This document shows, piece by piece, positions 44,175 to 45,465 of a DNA stretch of 45,465 nt (the first letter of the stretch is position 1; each line of letters opens with the position of its first letter). This DNA comes from an uncultured bacterium (lineage in GTDB: Bacteria; Bacteroidota; Bacteroidia; NS11-12g; UBA9320): positions 1-45,465 of the forward strand of contig CAWVTM010000001.1 in NCBI GenBank assembly GCA_963933305.1, written 5' to 3'. Position numbers and translations under genes: made by a program. A model generated the notes under the pieces. That model searched no databases. It saw nothing but the letters and a program-made list of their open reading frames with translations, and was not told the DNA's origin.

Positions 44175-45465
44175 TAAGAATATACTGCCCAGAATCTACC
44201 GCTAGACATCGGTATATATTTGACTTGATGTTCACAGAGCTTCTAGGTACGGACTATGAGTTTGTAAATAGAAGTAGTGACTGTCACCTGAACTACTCGC
44301 AAGAGTTTGGGGGGGAGATGCACATTATTCCTCACGGATTATTATCTGAAGTGGATATCAGAAATGACATTGACATCTACTTTGAAAAGTCAAATAATCA
44401 GTGGTTTGCTTTCAGAACTGGTAATGGTGAAAAAATGTCATTTGATGTATTTTCCTCTTCTTTTTATCTAGTCTCTCGGTACGAAGAGTATTTGAGTTAT
44501 GAGCCTGACGATCACAATAGATACACCGCTGGTTTCTCCTGTTTGAGTCAACACGATTTACTTATGGAACCCTTAGTAAATCAATGGGCATTTTATATAA
44601 AGAATGAATTAAGTAAGGGAGACGCGGACTTGGAATTTTCACCTCGTAAATTTGAATATCTCAGTACGGTAGATGTAGATCAAGCGTGGAAGTTTAAACA
44701 TAAAGGAGCTAAAAGAAATATACTAGGCACTTTTAGAGACTTAAAAGAGGGTAAATGGGAGAATTTTAGAAATAGATGGCCTATTTTATTGGGTTTAAAA
44801 AAAGATCCTTTTTATGAAGCCTTTCATTGGCACAAATCGCAAGAGATCAAGTATGGTATCAAGCCAAACTACTTTGTATTAGTAGGTGATTACGCTACTT
44901 TTGATAAAAACACTTCTTATGAAAATATGGAGTTTCAGCAGCTCATTAAATCATTAGATGAGGAGAATTCTTTAGGGATACATCCCTCCTATCAGAGTAA
45001 TATTGAGATAGACAGAGTAGCTACTGAAACGAATAGGTTAAGTGATATTTTAGATAGACCAATATCTAAATCTAGACAGCATTTTCTGATGCATACTATG
45101 CCTGCTACTTATAGGCTTTTGCTAGAGCTAGGAATAAAGGAAGATCATACGATGGGTTACAGTACTCACCTCGGGTTTAGGGCAGGAATAGCTGCTCCAT
45201 TCTATTGGTTTGACTTAGAGACTAATGAGCAAACAGAGCTAAGACTAATGCCTTTCTGTGCTATGGATATTACTCCATTACATTACAGAGGTGAATCTCC
45301 GTCCGAAGCTACAGAAACTATACATGAACTCATGCTGAAAGTACATGAAGTAGGTGGCTTATTTGTAAGCTTATGGCATAACGAGAGCTTCAGTGAGACC
45401 GAGAGGTGGATTGGATGGAGCTCAGTATATGAGGATATTCTAGCTAAAGCTCATGAGCTTAAACC
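44162..45465 (+). CDS. Polysaccharide-deacetylase-like protein (N-terminal DUF7033-like region), 3' end outside the window
   Basis: This gene is not in the ORF track because it has no stop in the window. The frame is open from 44162 to 45465. The translation runs (TTG)SILIRIYCPESTARHRYIFDLMFTELLG...FDVFSSSFYLVSRYEEYL...LGIHPSYQSN...SKSRQHFL...MGYSTHLGFRAGIAAPF...LWHNESF. The start codon is uncertain; the TTG at 44162 overlaps the upstream gene by 13 nt. The family call is from memory of similar Flavobacteriia proteins. Confidence 0.5.
   Translation, partial: MSILIRIYCPESTARHRYIFDLMFTELLGTDYEFVNRSSDCHLNYSQEFGGEMHIIPHGLLSEVDIRNDIDIYFEKSNNQWFAFRTGNGEKMSFDVFSSSFYLVSRYEEYLSYEPDDHNRYTAGFSCLSQHDLLMEPLVNQWAFYIKNELSKGDADLEFSPRKFEYLSTVDVDQAWKFKHKGAKRNILGTFRDLKEGKWENFRNRWPILLGLKKDPFYEAFHWHKSQEIKYGIKPNYFVLVGDYATFDKNTSYENMEFQQLIKSLDEENSLGIHPSYQSNIEIDRVATETNRLSDILDRPISKSRQHFLMHTMPATYRLLLELGIKEDHTMGYSTHLGFRAGIAAPFYWFDLETNEQTELRLMPFCAMDITPLHYRGESPSEATETIHELMLKVHEVGGLFVSLWHNESFSETERWIGWSSVYEDILAKAHELK

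Overview
This is a 45.5-kb, AT-rich, gene-dense chromosomal segment that looks like core genome of a Bacteroidota (Flavobacteriia-type) organism. Three predicted secreted proteins end in type IX secretion (T9SS) C-terminal sorting domains, two type A and one type B. Many genes are preceded by the Bacteroidota -7 promoter box TAnnTTTG. Gene content is mostly housekeeping: gyrA, prmC, ribD, serC-serA, etfBA, trkAH, trxA and tRNA-Ser. I call 39 protein genes, one tRNA-Ser(UGA), 10 rho-independent terminators and 10 annotated -7 boxes. The first and last genes are cut by the window edges; the last is missing from the supplied ORF track because it has no stop in the window. I see no rRNA, CRISPR array, intact mobile element, integrase or recognisable defence or toxin-antitoxin module, and no obvious compositional island. 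I therefore do not think the window holds a clear-cut novel system. The items most worth a second look are: (1) a 670-bp ORF-free, hairpin-rich spacer upstream of gyrA; (2) a perfect tandem 15-mer and palindrome operator array in front of a small HTH gene that precedes a giant M36 protease; (3) -7 boxes sitting 4-28 nt from start codons, which imply near-leaderless mRNAs and correct several track start codons; (4) conserved-unknown genes in tight operons (serC-serA-DUF1015; TlpA-GNAT-YdjM; cyclase-GT9); (5) a divergent HExxH...EGxxD metalloprotease with a T9SS signal embedded in a housekeeping operon; (6) a 950-bp ORF-poor gap bracketed by two minus-strand terminators. All product calls come from motif recognition by eye, not from database searches.
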